A stretch of 28,713 nucleotides of DNA from the NCBI GenBank assembly GCA_964394135.1, contig CAYMXC010000001.1, positions 1-28,713 on the forward strand. The letters are read 5' to 3'. A program made the translations under genes and the position numbers. Positions 1 through 9,170 of the stretch are shown here, piece after piece. The notes under the pieces were generated by a model that was given only the letters and a program-made list of their open reading frames with translations, was not told the DNA's origin and made no database searches. This DNA comes from an uncultured Phycisphaerae bacterium. Lineage in GTDB: Bacteria; Planctomycetota; Phycisphaerae; JAAYCJ01. Numbering within the stretch: the stretch's first letter is position 1; each line of letters opens with the position of its first letter.

Positions 1-342
1 ATACGGCTCGATCCCGTTTTTCGTCGCCAACGACCACGCCATCCGTTTAAGATGCCCATGACCTTCGATCACGTCGGTTGTAACCTTCAGCGCCTTGACG
101 GCCTGTGAGCCTCGCCAGCCGATCGCACCGATGACGATCAGCATAACCGCCGCGACCGCTCCACCTCCGGCCATCGATACGTTGATCTGCGTATTATCCC
201 GCCCGGCCCTGGCTTCCTGACTGGTAGGCTGTTCCGGGCTCTGTAATTCCGCCTTGGCGCTCGTTACGGGATCGATTCTGGCTCTTACTCCGCAGCCGGC
301 CAGGATCAGCAAAATGCAAATAATAGTCGGGTTCGTCCGCAT
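1..342 (-). CDS. Lipoprotein with C-terminal transmembrane segment (u-spanin-like architecture); 3' end runs off the window
   Basis: Not in the ORF track because it has no stop in the window. Manual translation from ATG 342: MRTNPTIICILLILAGC (lipobox LAGC), about 44 polar residues, then hydrophobic AVAAVMLIVIGAIGW, open to position 1. Confidence 0.7.
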   Translation of the reverse strand, partial: MRTNPTIICILLILAGCGVRARIDPVTSAKAELQSPEQPTSQEARAGRDNTQINVSMAGGGAVAAVMLIVIGAIGWRGSQAVKALKVTTDVIEGHGHLKRMAWSLATKNGIEPY

Positions 343-350
343 GGTTCCGA

Positions 351-953
351 TTATTCCTGTTGAGTGGGTTGTGTGGTCGTAGTGGTTTGCCGGTTCAAGG
401 CCGTCTGCAGCGTTTGCGTCTTGTTCAGTGCTGCCACGATCGCACTTTGAAGATCAGTCCCTGAACTTATCTTCTGTGTTCCCAGACTGGTTCCATTCGG
501 TAGCGTCATGGTGATTCCGCTCGATGTAGTATTGAATTTTGCCATGGCCAGAAGATTCAGTACTGGCATTACCTCGGACACGATTCCCTTGATTCCGGCC
601 GTCAATTCCTTTACATATTCCACCTGTGTTTCCTGTAATTCGGCGATGGCTTTGATCTTCGCCGGTTCTTCTTTTACCACAGCGGATGCCGTTTGGTTTA
701 AAGCGAGATTTTTAACGGTCAATGTCGATCCTTCTTTTGATTTCACAAAAGAGATTTCATCAACCTTTCCGATACCATCCGAAGTCATTTCGGCCTTGGT
801 GCCAAACAATCCTGTCTGCACAGCTACGCCCGGACGCTTTCCACTGGTTTCACCACCCCAATGATTGGCCGAACAACCCGCAAAAACGCACACCAGAACC
901 ACCATCACCGTCAACATCACACCTACCGCCATGATTCGTTTCAGACCCATCAT
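351..953 (-). CDS. Predicted lipoprotein / membrane-anchored periplasmic protein, possibly spanin-related
   Basis: Basic N-terminus, hydrophobic stretch, lipobox-like FAGC at residues 24-27, helical C-terminal half, RBS-like AGGAA upstream. Confidence 0.7.
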   Translation of the reverse strand: MMGLKRIMAVGVMLTVMVVLVCVFAGCSANHWGGETSGKRPGVAVQTGLFGTKAEMTSDGIGKVDEISFVKSKEGSTLTVKNLALNQTASAVVKEEPAKIKAIAELQETQVEYVKELTAGIKGIVSEVMPVLNLLAMAKFNTTSSGITMTLPNGTSLGTQKISSGTDLQSAIVAALNKTQTLQTALNRQTTTTTQPTQQE

Positions 954-1007
954 CTCAGTTCCTTTCTATAAAATAAGAGTTTTGAAAAACAAAAACATTT
1001 ACGATTA

Positions 1008-1307
1008 CTAACTTGTTTGGCCCGAAACAATTTCCATCCCACACTTCGGGCACGTGGCCCCCATCACATCACCACAGCAGGCCGTGTATCCGCAGTTCGG
1101 ACATTGATTTGGATTTACCTTCATCTCTTTAGGTTTCACAATATTTTCGCAGGCCTGGCATGCCGCCTCCCGTTGCGGAGCGATCGCCAGCCGATCAGCC
1201 TTTAGCCAGCATTTCCGACCGATCCAGCACTCGGCTCGATCCTCGCGGGGGCATTGGATCGACAGATCGTTCAGATTGATTTGGCCAAAAAGTTTGCACG
1301 TTATCAT
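1008..1307 (-). CDS. Small Cys-rich zinc-finger protein
   Basis: ORF track 1008..1355; likelier start ATG 1307 (MITCKLF), just after the upstream stop at 1319. Contains CQAC, CPNC and CPKC motifs. Confidence 0.65.
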   Translation of the reverse strand: MITCKLFGQINLNDLSIQCPREDRAECWIGRKCWLKADRLAIAPQREAACQACENIVKPKEMKVNPNQCPNCGYTACCGDVMGATCPKCGMEIVSGQTS

Positions 1308-1318
1308 TTTGAAATTTC

Positions 1319-2230
1319 TCAATATGGGTTTGTACAGAAAGGTACTTGGTACCAATCTTTCTTGATTTCATTTCCAACTTTTAATCGGATCCAATAACAA
1401 TAATTTCCAGACATGTCATAGGGGTATGGTTGATTAGGTTTTGGGCAAGATTTACTACGGTCACCGACCTGTGCAACATCATATTCAACATCAAGTTGCG
1501 CATAGCACTCATAACTAGATAATAAACTGACTGGTGTATCCGGTATGACTGACCGAAAATAATAATTGTCGGGATGACCACTGTATTCAGTATTGCTAAA
1601 ATACCAGCCATCATAATAGTAGTTGTAGTTGGCATTATCATGATGGTAACCGGTCCCAGGACCTGTCACATGGACACATTGATAATCTAAACCCCCATAC
1701 GCATCAAAAACTGGTAACCCATATTCTATATCTCCGGTAAATGGATTATAGCAATAGAGCGTACTTTTCCAACTCCCGTATGCTGTATTCAGCATGTGCA
1801 GTACTTGATACCGCACCCACGATCTCCAAATCCAGCATGATTCCTCATAATAACCTCTCTCGAGTTCGATTTGATCCAAGCCTAATTCGCTCAACCCCAT
1901 CAAATACCAATTTCCATCACCCGCATCCTCACAACGATAGACTTCCCCATAGCATTTTTGATAGCTGTTAGCATATGACAATAACCATGTGTCTCCAAGC
2001 CAACTTAAATACGAGGGCTTAATCCCATACATACCCGCCCGTAAGCTGTTAAACAAATTGCATGGTGTAGTGGCTGTATATCTGATTTTTCCGTCAGTAC
2101 CTATAAATGGACATCCAAGAGCCGTTGCGGTTACCAATCTCAGCTTCCCATCTTTCACGCACAGCTTCCGTGTTATGGGATCGCCGCCGGCCGTCCACGT
2201 CAATTGAGATGTAGGGCTATAGATACTCAT
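1319..2230 (-). CDS. Hypothetical Tyr/Trp/Cys-rich protein, low-GC cassette at the distal end of the tail module
   Basis: 303-aa ORF whose ATG overlaps the upstream TGA (ATGA coupling at 2227-2230); visibly AT-richer than the backbone. Confidence 0.75.
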   Translation of the reverse strand: MSIYSPTSQLTWTAGGDPITRKLCVKDGKLRLVTATALGCPFIGTDGKIRYTATTPCNLFNSLRAGMYGIKPSYLSWLGDTWLLSYANSYQKCYGEVYRCEDAGDGNWYLMGLSELGLDQIELERGYYEESCWIWRSWVRYQVLHMLNTAYGSWKSTLYCYNPFTGDIEYGLPVFDAYGGLDYQCVHVTGPGTGYHHDNANYNYYYDGWYFSNTEYSGHPDNYYFRSVIPDTPVSLLSSYECYAQLDVEYDVAQVGDRSKSCPKPNQPYPYDMSGNYCYWIRLKVGNEIKKDWYQVPFCTNPY

Positions 2231-2601
2231 ACTGCCGGTGCCTCCACTAAATCAAACGTCCCAGGCAGCCCGACCGCCGCAATCCAAACCTGATAGTTTC
2301 CATCCTTCCAGCCCAAATAAACCGCTGGAACATACACGCCAATAATACTTGTTTCTGGTAATTCGCCGGTCACATTAGCAAACCAAACTTTAGCATTCGT
2401 CGTGCTCGCATCGCTCAGCGTTCCGGCCGCATTCATCTTTTGCCGCCTGGCGGTGTATAAATATCGTCCGGTACCCGAATGCAACGCCGGCCCGCCGGTC
2501 AGTTTCAGTATGGCTGATTCTCCATCCGACGACGAGGCCCGCGGGGGCCGCACCAGTGCGATCTCCTCACGACGATCCATGCTCCGATTTTCGGTTTCCA
2601 T
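2227..2601 (-). CDS. Hypothetical tail-associated protein
   Basis: ORF track 2227..2703; ATG 2601 (METENR) has a GAGGTG RBS and follows the upstream stop at 2606. Confidence 0.7.
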   Translation of the reverse strand: METENRSMDRREEIALVRPPRASSSDGESAILKLTGGPALHSGTGRYLYTARRQKMNAAGTLSDASTTNAKVWFANVTGELPETSIIGVYVPAVYLGWKDGNYQVWIAAVGLPGTFDLVEAPAV

Positions 2602-2605
2602 CACT

Positions 2606-4594
2606 TCACCTCGCAAATCCCGTTCGAATGATCGTCTGCGGTTTATCGCCCATTGTCCACTCAACGCTCGTGATCGGCGCCTGAATCTCCGTCCAGTCCC
2701 CACCCTCGTCTACAGAGGTTAAAATACTTCCGATGATATCGACTCCCCATTCCAGCAAACCTCGAATGGAGATTTCCGCCCGATTTCTCTGATAGATATA
2801 CCTTGCGATCGCCCCGGCCATTCGAAACGACAGCGTCGTCGCATCGTTCCTGGTCACAAATCCCGTCTTATCCCCGTTTACGGCACCGCCGTTTTCATCG
2901 CTTTCCCCGATCGGCTGAAGTGCCCCGTTCTTGTCCACTCCGACGATCGTTCCCTTTCGAATCCACCAGCATTCCGCCTCGTCCACCGGGATTTCGATCA
3001 CCGACCCGACCCTGTTGACCGGAGGAGTGCCGTATTCTATGACCAATCTCTGATCGCCTTCATAGGCGATCGTGACCACCAGCGTGGAGTAATTGTAAAT
3101 GGGATCGACCAATGTATCTCCGGAAAAATGGTTTTTGGCGACCATGTGGTTGAGTTTCGGTGAAAGCAGAATTCCCCAGTCGGTTTTTAATACCGAAAGC
3201 CCTATCCCCGCCTGGTCGATCGGGATGTATTTGTTCGTCTCCGGATCCTGAATCCATGCCATCGCACGAATTACACCGGGCTCCTGTCCGTCCGGTCCGA
3301 TCTTCTTCGGCGGCCAAATGGCGTAATCATATCCGCTGTACATCGGAAGCCAGCTCAGAGTTTCCCGCACCGTCTTCTGATGTGGCTGATATTCGGTGGA
3401 TGTATCGTATACGATCCCGTCGGCACTTAATTTTGGGGCGCCTTGTCCCCATGTATCCGGCGCAGCGAATCGGACATATACATCGCCGAATCGGTCCTGC
3501 CGCCTTGCCTCGTCGTGTTCGCTGGCCGGATCAGCCGGCGTACCCGTCCCGTTGTTGTATTCCGTTTCCAGGTCACTAGACCATTTGCCGATCAGATTCG
3601 TCCCTCGCAGAGTAACGCACTGAACGATTCGTTTTCCTACCAGTCTCACCGTGTCGTATACCTGGTCGAGGGATCGAACGATCCTGGCCTCCGTGCTCGG
3701 ATCGTCGCCGATAACCATACTGACGGTATTGGGATTCTTTGGAAGCGATACGTAGTTAAAACTACAGGTTTGCGCCACAAGGGCGAAAACGTGAACCTCG
3801 AATCCGACGGCAGTTGTAGTTATCCGGTAATCCAGCCCCATCTCCGTACTGATAATCCTCCGGATCCCGTCCGCGATCGTTGCGACTCCGCTCATTGAAA
3901 CGGCGTCCTGGACGGACTTTAAAAGGTCTGCCTGGCCGCCGATCGACCAGATCGGACCAGTCGTTCCGCTATTGCAGAATCGGGCCAGCAGATATTCCAG
4001 CATATCGTACCGGCTCCACAGGTCGGACCCGCCGAATCCGTAGACCGCCGGCTGCACCGATCGGTCATGGGATCGGTTCCCTTTTAAAAATCCCGATTGA
4101 CTGCGGTAATTGAAATCCGCCACCCATCCGAGCACGTTTTGTTCCGTGCCCGCCAGCCAGACGCTCTTCGATAGCGGTAGTTTGCGTAATAACTGCATCG
4201 GTTCGTAGGCGACGAACTCCTGCCGGCCGGTCTGCAGTTTTTCCTGTGAATGGCCCCGATCCATCGTTCCGGTAACCGACCGTGTATCGTTGGTGATCTG
4301 TCCAACCCATACGGTCTGCTGATTGATCTCGATCAGCAGCCACCAGTTATCCAGATTCATCGCCGCACGCTCGCGATATTCCGCTTCCCATGGTTCCATG
4401 ACCCGGCCGTACCGATATTGAATGGTCGCCGATCCAAGGTCGTGAGCCGCCGCGCAGGTCACCGCATGGACCAGTTCCATTTCCGGCCAGTATTGCCATT
4501 CGTCGGCCCAGGTCGGCTTGAGATAGATTTTGACATCCCCGATCTTCCACGGGATCGTCGTCATATCGTCGCCGTTTATAACGATCGAGCTCAT
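2606..4594 (-). CDS. Large tail-tip protein (hub/Tal-like by size and position)
   Basis: 662-aa ORF, ATGA-coupled to the upstream gene at 4591-4594, beta-rich; no family motif recognised. Confidence 0.7.
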   Translation of the reverse strand: MSSIVINGDDMTTIPWKIGDVKIYLKPTWADEWQYWPEMELVHAVTCAAAHDLGSATIQYRYGRVMEPWEAEYRERAAMNLDNWWLLIEINQQTVWVGQITNDTRSVTGTMDRGHSQEKLQTGRQEFVAYEPMQLLRKLPLSKSVWLAGTEQNVLGWVADFNYRSQSGFLKGNRSHDRSVQPAVYGFGGSDLWSRYDMLEYLLARFCNSGTTGPIWSIGGQADLLKSVQDAVSMSGVATIADGIRRIISTEMGLDYRITTTAVGFEVHVFALVAQTCSFNYVSLPKNPNTVSMVIGDDPSTEARIVRSLDQVYDTVRLVGKRIVQCVTLRGTNLIGKWSSDLETEYNNGTGTPADPASEHDEARRQDRFGDVYVRFAAPDTWGQGAPKLSADGIVYDTSTEYQPHQKTVRETLSWLPMYSGYDYAIWPPKKIGPDGQEPGVIRAMAWIQDPETNKYIPIDQAGIGLSVLKTDWGILLSPKLNHMVAKNHFSGDTLVDPIYNYSTLVVTIAYEGDQRLVIEYGTPPVNRVGSVIEIPVDEAECWWIRKGTIVGVDKNGALQPIGESDENGGAVNGDKTGFVTRNDATTLSFRMAGAIARYIYQRNRAEISIRGLLEWGVDIIGSILTSVDEGGDWTEIQAPITSVEWTMGDKPQTIIRTGFAR

Positions 4595-5394
4595 AGCGTC
4601 ACCTCCAGCGATTTCACCTCGGACCCCTCCGAATACCGCCAGCCGGTTCCGTTTGCCCGCCTCGTCTGCAGCCGTACCCTGACCACGGTCCCGTTAACCT
4701 GTGCCGGCAGATTCAGACTTAAGATTGCCGGTCCCTGCCGAGTCATCGCCGCCGTGATCATCGGCTGATCTTTCGCCGGATACGATCCGTTGGTGGTATA
4801 ACCGATCGCCCACTGCGTCGCACGCAGCGTACCCGCCTCCGAATAACAGCCGACAATCCTCACCACGCCGCCCGCACTCAATTCGATCCGCCAGTCGTCT
4901 GGCCCGCGGGGCGGCTCGACCACCAGGACACCGCCGGCGATCTCAAGTCGTCGCCAGGTGCGTCCGTCGGCTTCCATGGGTAAAAATCCCGAGTCGTGAA
5001 TTCCGTTGAAATAGGAGCAGGAAATATACCACACCCCGTCCTCCCAGCTCACATCCGGCGTTACCGGCAGGCTCGCAGCAGTGGCGAACGGCATATCGGT
5101 CTCCAGAGGAGGCGTTCCGAACGATCGGTACAGCCGATATCCGGCCGTATTGAATATTCTGTATTTCCCCCGGCCCGTCATTCGACGAAGTGCGATATCG
5201 GCCAGCGCCGTTCCGATCCGGATTGATCGCATCGGCCGCAAAGATGCCTTGGGCTCACGCCGAACCACCTTCGGCCGAATCAGCGTCGCATGAAATGCAA
5301 CCGCCGAAACGCGTCCGATTCTTATAGCCCGCCGCGGCCGGCGTAATTTCGCCACCCTTCGGATCGAATTCGTTGCAGCTACCGGCACAACCAT
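4591..5394 (-). CDS. Hypothetical tail protein
   Basis: 267-aa ORF in the tail operon; basic N-terminal part and beta-rich C-terminal part. Confidence 0.7.
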   Translation of the reverse strand: MVVPVAATNSIRRVAKLRRPRRAIRIGRVSAVAFHATLIRPKVVRREPKASLRPMRSIRIGTALADIALRRMTGRGKYRIFNTAGYRLYRSFGTPPLETDMPFATAASLPVTPDVSWEDGVWYISCSYFNGIHDSGFLPMEADGRTWRRLEIAGGVLVVEPPRGPDDWRIELSAGGVVRIVGCYSEAGTLRATQWAIGYTTNGSYPAKDQPMITAAMTRQGPAILSLNLPAQVNGTVVRVRLQTRRANGTGWRYSEGSEVKSLEVTL

Positions 5395-5408
5395 CCTTTA
5401 CCCCTCGA

Positions 5409-5831
5409 TTAATCTTCCGTCCACGGTTCAGCGTCGTCCTCGCCGGCTAGAAGCGATACGCCATGTGCCGGGGCGGCAGTAATCTCGGCGAAAAGTTCGC
5501 TGTAGATGGAGACGTCTATACTTATCGTGTCCGAGACATACTTTCCGTCCGTTGCAATCTGAATCGCTTCGGCGGTCAGCGTGAATTCGCCGTCCTCGAT
5601 CGGAACGTAATATTCGGAATTAGAAAGCCGGCCCCAGAGTCGCCCGGAAACACGTTCCGATGCCGCGCCGAACAGACCGTGCAGAACGATGAAATTCGTT
5701 CCGATCCGAGGGACGTATACCATCGATGATGGAATCGAACCCCTCGAAACCACGGTAATGGTATCGGCGGCGAATATCCCCGCCCGAACGCTTTTCCAAC
5801 GCTTGCATTTTCCTGTAGTGAGTTTTGCCAT
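5409..5831 (-). CDS. Hypothetical tail-associated protein
   Basis: ORF track 5409..5837; ATG 5831 (MAKLTTG) is preceded by AGGAG. Confidence 0.7.
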   Translation of the reverse strand: MAKLTTGKCKRWKSVRAGIFAADTITVVSRGSIPSSMVYVPRIGTNFIVLHGLFGAASERVSGRLWGRLSNSEYYVPIEDGEFTLTAEAIQIATDGKYVSDTISIDVSIYSELFAEITAAPAHGVSLLAGEDDAEPWTED

Positions 5832-5845
5832 TTTCAAATCTCCTG

Positions 5846-7198
5846 TTATCCCCTTAAACCGAATAATCGCCGTTTGATCCCATTACGAAACACGGTAAAT
5901 CGCCCTCGTTTTGTGCCTTTGGCAGCCTCCACCGGTACCCGTAGACCATGGCATCCGATCACCTCGAAGTTTATTCTGTCTAAAACAGGATCGGGGAACG
6001 GCAGTTTCCTGTTGATTCCTTCCCTCCACAGTTCAGTGTGAGTATCGTACCCTGAATTATCAAACCACCACTCCTTCTGGGGCAAGGGATGGTAGGTCTT
6101 GTTGGTGGCTGCCGTGATGACCCCGGAGCTGGCACAGTTCTGAAACAGCAACCCCTTCGCATCCAGTGAAAAGGTGTGCTTGAAAGAACAGTTGGTAAAG
6201 CTCATCCAGTAGTGCCCATAGGTTTGAGAAGGCGGTCTTGCTGAGTTGAAAGTACAATTGATGAAATCCATACCTCCGGGTACAGCATTGACATTTACAA
6301 TCGAGATTTTACTGTTGGATTCTACACAGTCGATCCACACGCTGCGGCGCCCTCGGAAGGGATGAGCACAACTTTCACAACGACAGCGAGAGACAGTTGT
6401 ATCAGAAGCATAAATGCCGTGCTGAAGATTTTCTGCAATGCACTCTTGCACAGAAGCCACATTATTGTTTTGAATGCAGAACCCATACCCTACCGCATTG
6501 AATTCCATAGAACCAGCAAAACACTGGGACAACAGAACGTTAGTAGCAATATCCGTTCCAGTACCAACTGAAAAGCAGAAATATCTTGCATTAACGATTT
6601 TCAAACCATGAATCGTGACATTGTTTGCTAGTAAATATAGACCGTCAGCACAGGAGGCTGCATTAAAAGTCGGACCTATGAAGACCCCATTTACCAAGCC
6701 TCCTCCAATGATACGACGAGAATATTTGTTGGTGTTTTGCGTATCGCTCTTAATGCACGGATAATAATCAGAATAATCATCAGCAAAGGCGTAGGTTCCA
6801 GTTTCCAGATAGATGTCCACATCGGCATCCACGCTCTTGTTGGGTTCACCATAGGGAATGGCTGATGGATAATAGTCAGCTCCATCACTCCATCCAGTCA
6901 CTTCCATGAAAGTAATCGCCCCACCGATCTTTGCTGTCCCAGTACTGACATCTGCAGAGACATCCTCGGCCAGTGTCAAGTCTGTTCCATCAACGCCGGT
7001 GATCCGTACATTGATATCACTGGTCCCGTATAGGATGCGAATAAAATCGCCTACCACCACACCGGTCGGGGTTGTAGAAGTGGTAACATGATTGGCAGCC
7101 GAACGAGTTACTGTTCCACTCCATTTAGCAGCATCCGTATTACTGGAACCACTGTTTCCCGCCTCGGCATTTACACGACAGTAAAACGTATAACTCAT
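5846..7198 (-). CDS. Putative tailspike / right-handed parallel beta-helix (pectin-lyase-like) receptor-binding protein
   Basis: 450 aa with repeating short beta motifs (NVTIHGLKIVN, NVLLSQCFA, ASVQECIAEN, TTVSRCRCES), Cys/Asn ladders, lower GC than flanks. Confidence 0.65.
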   Translation of the reverse strand: MSYTFYCRVNAEAGNSGSSNTDAAKWSGTVTRSAANHVTTSTTPTGVVVGDFIRILYGTSDINVRITGVDGTDLTLAEDVSADVSTGTAKIGGAITFMEVTGWSDGADYYPSAIPYGEPNKSVDADVDIYLETGTYAFADDYSDYYPCIKSDTQNTNKYSRRIIGGGLVNGVFIGPTFNAASCADGLYLLANNVTIHGLKIVNARYFCFSVGTGTDIATNVLLSQCFAGSMEFNAVGYGFCIQNNNVASVQECIAENLQHGIYASDTTVSRCRCESCAHPFRGRRSVWIDCVESNSKISIVNVNAVPGGMDFINCTFNSARPPSQTYGHYWMSFTNCSFKHTFSLDAKGLLFQNCASSGVITAATNKTYHPLPQKEWWFDNSGYDTHTELWREGINRKLPFPDPVLDRINFEVIGCHGLRVPVEAAKGTKRGRFTVFRNGIKRRLFGLRG

Positions 7199-7422
7199 TC
7201 GTCATCCTCCCCGATCGGCATGATGAAATATGTCCCATCTTCCCGCTGTCCAACCCTGCAGTCAGTCAGACCCATGAGAGTCGCTGCGGGCTTCAGGGCC
7301 TCCTTGATCGCGGCCGTTTGTCTACGTTGTTTTTCTAGCTTCAGTGACTCGTAAGTGCTGCCGCCTGCCGTTTCGGCGATCTGTGTATCCAGTTCGGAAT
7401 CTGTAAGTGATGTGATAGCCAT
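7195..7422 (-). CDS. Small hypothetical protein, translationally coupled to the beta-helix gene
   Basis: 75 aa, CAGGAG RBS, TGA overlaps the next ATG at 7195-7198. Confidence 0.7.
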   Translation of the reverse strand: MAITSLTDSELDTQIAETAGGSTYESLKLEKQRRQTAAIKEALKPAATLMGLTDCRVGQREDGTYFIMPIGEDDE

Positions 7423-7456
7423 GATAATCTCCTGGTTCGAAAATCAACTCTCTCTG

Positions 7457-7900
7457 TTATTCTTCAAATCTGATATAGCAGTCCGAGTTCACATCGTTTG
7501 CCGCCGTTACCCTTAGCCCGATCCGTCCGCCGCCCTTTGCAACGATTTCCGCATCCGGGAAAGGCACCACGAGTCCCGTCTGAGGATGAACCGCCCAGAC
7601 CGCCAGCGTATCAGTCGTCGTCGGCTCGGCCGTCGCATTTTTCCCCGCCGTCGTCAGCAGGCTGTCGCTGGATCCGTCGTCGCCCTTGACCGGAGTAACC
7701 GAGGTAACCGTTCCCGCCGTCGTCTGCCGTACAAGTTCCACAGTAATCGGCTCATGGGTATTATTCACCCCGTGAAAACTGATGCCGATCTCACGCACCA
7801 CCACCGACTGATTGGCCGGTGCTATAATCTGCAGCAGCGTCTTCGCCGCCGTACCCGTCGCCACCGCCTTTGCCGTTGCAATTCCGATTCGTCTTGCCAT
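7457..7900 (-). CDS. Hypothetical virion protein (beta-sandwich-like)
   Basis: ORF track 7457..7909; ATG 7900 (MARRIG) has an AAGGAG RBS. Confidence 0.75.
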   Translation of the reverse strand: MARRIGIATAKAVATGTAAKTLLQIIAPANQSVVVREIGISFHGVNNTHEPITVELVRQTTAGTVTSVTPVKGDDGSSDSLLTTAGKNATAEPTTTDTLAVWAVHPQTGLVVPFPDAEIVAKGGGRIGLRVTAANDVNSDCYIRFEE

Positions 7901-7916
7901 ATTTTTCAATCTCCTT

Positions 7917-7951
7917 GTTCATAGTGAATAGTTTGTAGTTCATAGTTCAAT
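7917..7951. repeat. Degenerate heptamer tandem array, 5 units
   Basis: GTTCATA GTGAATA GTTTGTA GTTCATA GTTCAAT, between the stop at 7947 and the RBS of the next gene. Confidence 0.8.
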
Positions 7952-8603
7952 ATCCGATCCAGCGGATCTGGATCATGTCCAGGACGCCGGCATTCGCCGC
8001 CGTGCCCGGTGCAATCGTGCGTCTCAAATAAAACGTCTCCGATCCGCCCGATGCAATCCGCGGCCATCGAAGAACGTCGTTATGGGTTTCCGAGTCCGGC
8101 TTTACCCAGGTCGAGCCGTCGGCGCTGAGCTCCAGCTCATCGGCCGTTCTCCACATCACCACCTCGAGCGCATCCATCGGCGATACGTTTTCGATCGCCA
8201 GCGAGTACACCAGTACGTTTCCAGCCTGGGCCTCCGCCGCCGTGATATCCGCACCGCAAACGCCGCCCCAGACCTCCGAGAGTTCCACCTCGGCCTCCGC
8301 ACCGATCTGCATGGCGTCCCGGTATGCCGTCACTCTCAGCCACTTCGAGGCGTCCTCGCCGTCCTCAAGCAGATACACGCCATCCACCGAGATTAATACG
8401 CCCGGCCCGTATTCGGCGGATCCCGGCGCACGCCACGCCAGACCATCCGCCGTATATCGGATCGCTCCGATTCCGTCGCCGCACCGGCCGGCAGCACCGA
8501 CCGCTGCAACCCCCGGCATCCGAACGGACGCCGCCAGGCTGATCACCTCGACCGCCGATCGGGTAATCCGAATTCCGTCATTTCTGGTTCCGGCCTCTGC
8601 CAA
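7947..8603 (-). CDS. Hypothetical tail protein
   Basis: 218-aa ORF, AAGGAG RBS upstream, in operon. Confidence 0.75.
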   Translation of the reverse strand: MAEAGTRNDGIRITRSAVEVISLAASVRMPGVAAVGAAGRCGDGIGAIRYTADGLAWRAPGSAEYGPGVLISVDGVYLLEDGEDASKWLRVTAYRDAMQIGAEAEVELSEVWGGVCGADITAAEAQAGNVLVYSLAIENVSPMDALEVVMWRTADELELSADGSTWVKPDSETHNDVLRWPRIASGGSETFYLRRTIAPGTAANAGVLDMIQIRWIGY

Positions 8604-8621
8604 TCTTTTCTCCTTTTTGCC

Positions 8622-9170
8622 TTATTGAATCGTCACGCGGTTTGTCGCCGCGCTGTAACTTGCCGTAAACGCCGGTGCGTCCGGGATGCGGACGATCTTT
8701 GCCGCATCCAGAATCACAGCCGTTCGATCGTTCCCTGCCTCATCCACCGGCACCACCCGCCAGACGTAATTCGCCAGGTCCGTCAGTCTCCGGGTGATAT
8801 ATTCATAGTTCCACTGCCCGGTCCGGGCAGACATCTTCGCAATTGTCCGCCACGTCCCGCCGTCGACCTTTTCCTCAACTCGCCATGCTCCCGCGGTCGG
8901 ATCGATCGCCGCCGTCCATCTCAGCCGTTTTCGGGCCGCAGGTATGTTCGGCGCGTTCGCCTTGCCGTCGAAGTCCGGATCGATCGTATCGATTACGTCG
9001 ATATGGGCCTGTTCGCCGGCCGCCAGGAAAAATTCCCGATCGGAGGATCGGCCGCATCCCAGATACACCCCGTCCAGATACCAGTGATAGATCACCGCGC
9101 CGGCCAGATCGCTCACCGCCGTCACCGTGGTGGCGTTACCGCTTCGTTTCTGTGTCAGGGCGGTAATCAT
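8622..9170 (-). CDS. Tail protein with fibronectin type III-like beta-sandwich
   Basis: Motifs RLRWTAA...WRVEE and YVWRVVPVDEAGN resemble FN3 strands; ATGA-coupled to the upstream gene. Confidence 0.6.
   Translation of the reverse strand: MITALTQKRSGNATTVTAVSDLAGAVIYHWYLDGVYLGCGRSSDREFFLAAGEQAHIDVIDTIDPDFDGKANAPNIPAARKRLRWTAAIDPTAGAWRVEEKVDGGTWRTIAKMSARTGQWNYEYITRRLTDLANYVWRVVPVDEAGNDRTAVILDAAKIVRIPDAPAFTASYSAATNRVTIQ

Noticed and set aside
1319-2230. Possible diversity-generating retroelement target (many Tyr/Asn codons)
   Set aside because: No template repeat with adenine-specific mismatches and no reverse transcriptase seen in the window; cannot be excluded elsewhere in the genome.
5846-7198. 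Invertible tail-fibre cassette (Gin/Cin type)
   Set aside because: No flanking inverted repeats, no invertase and no opposite-strand alternative C-terminus seen.
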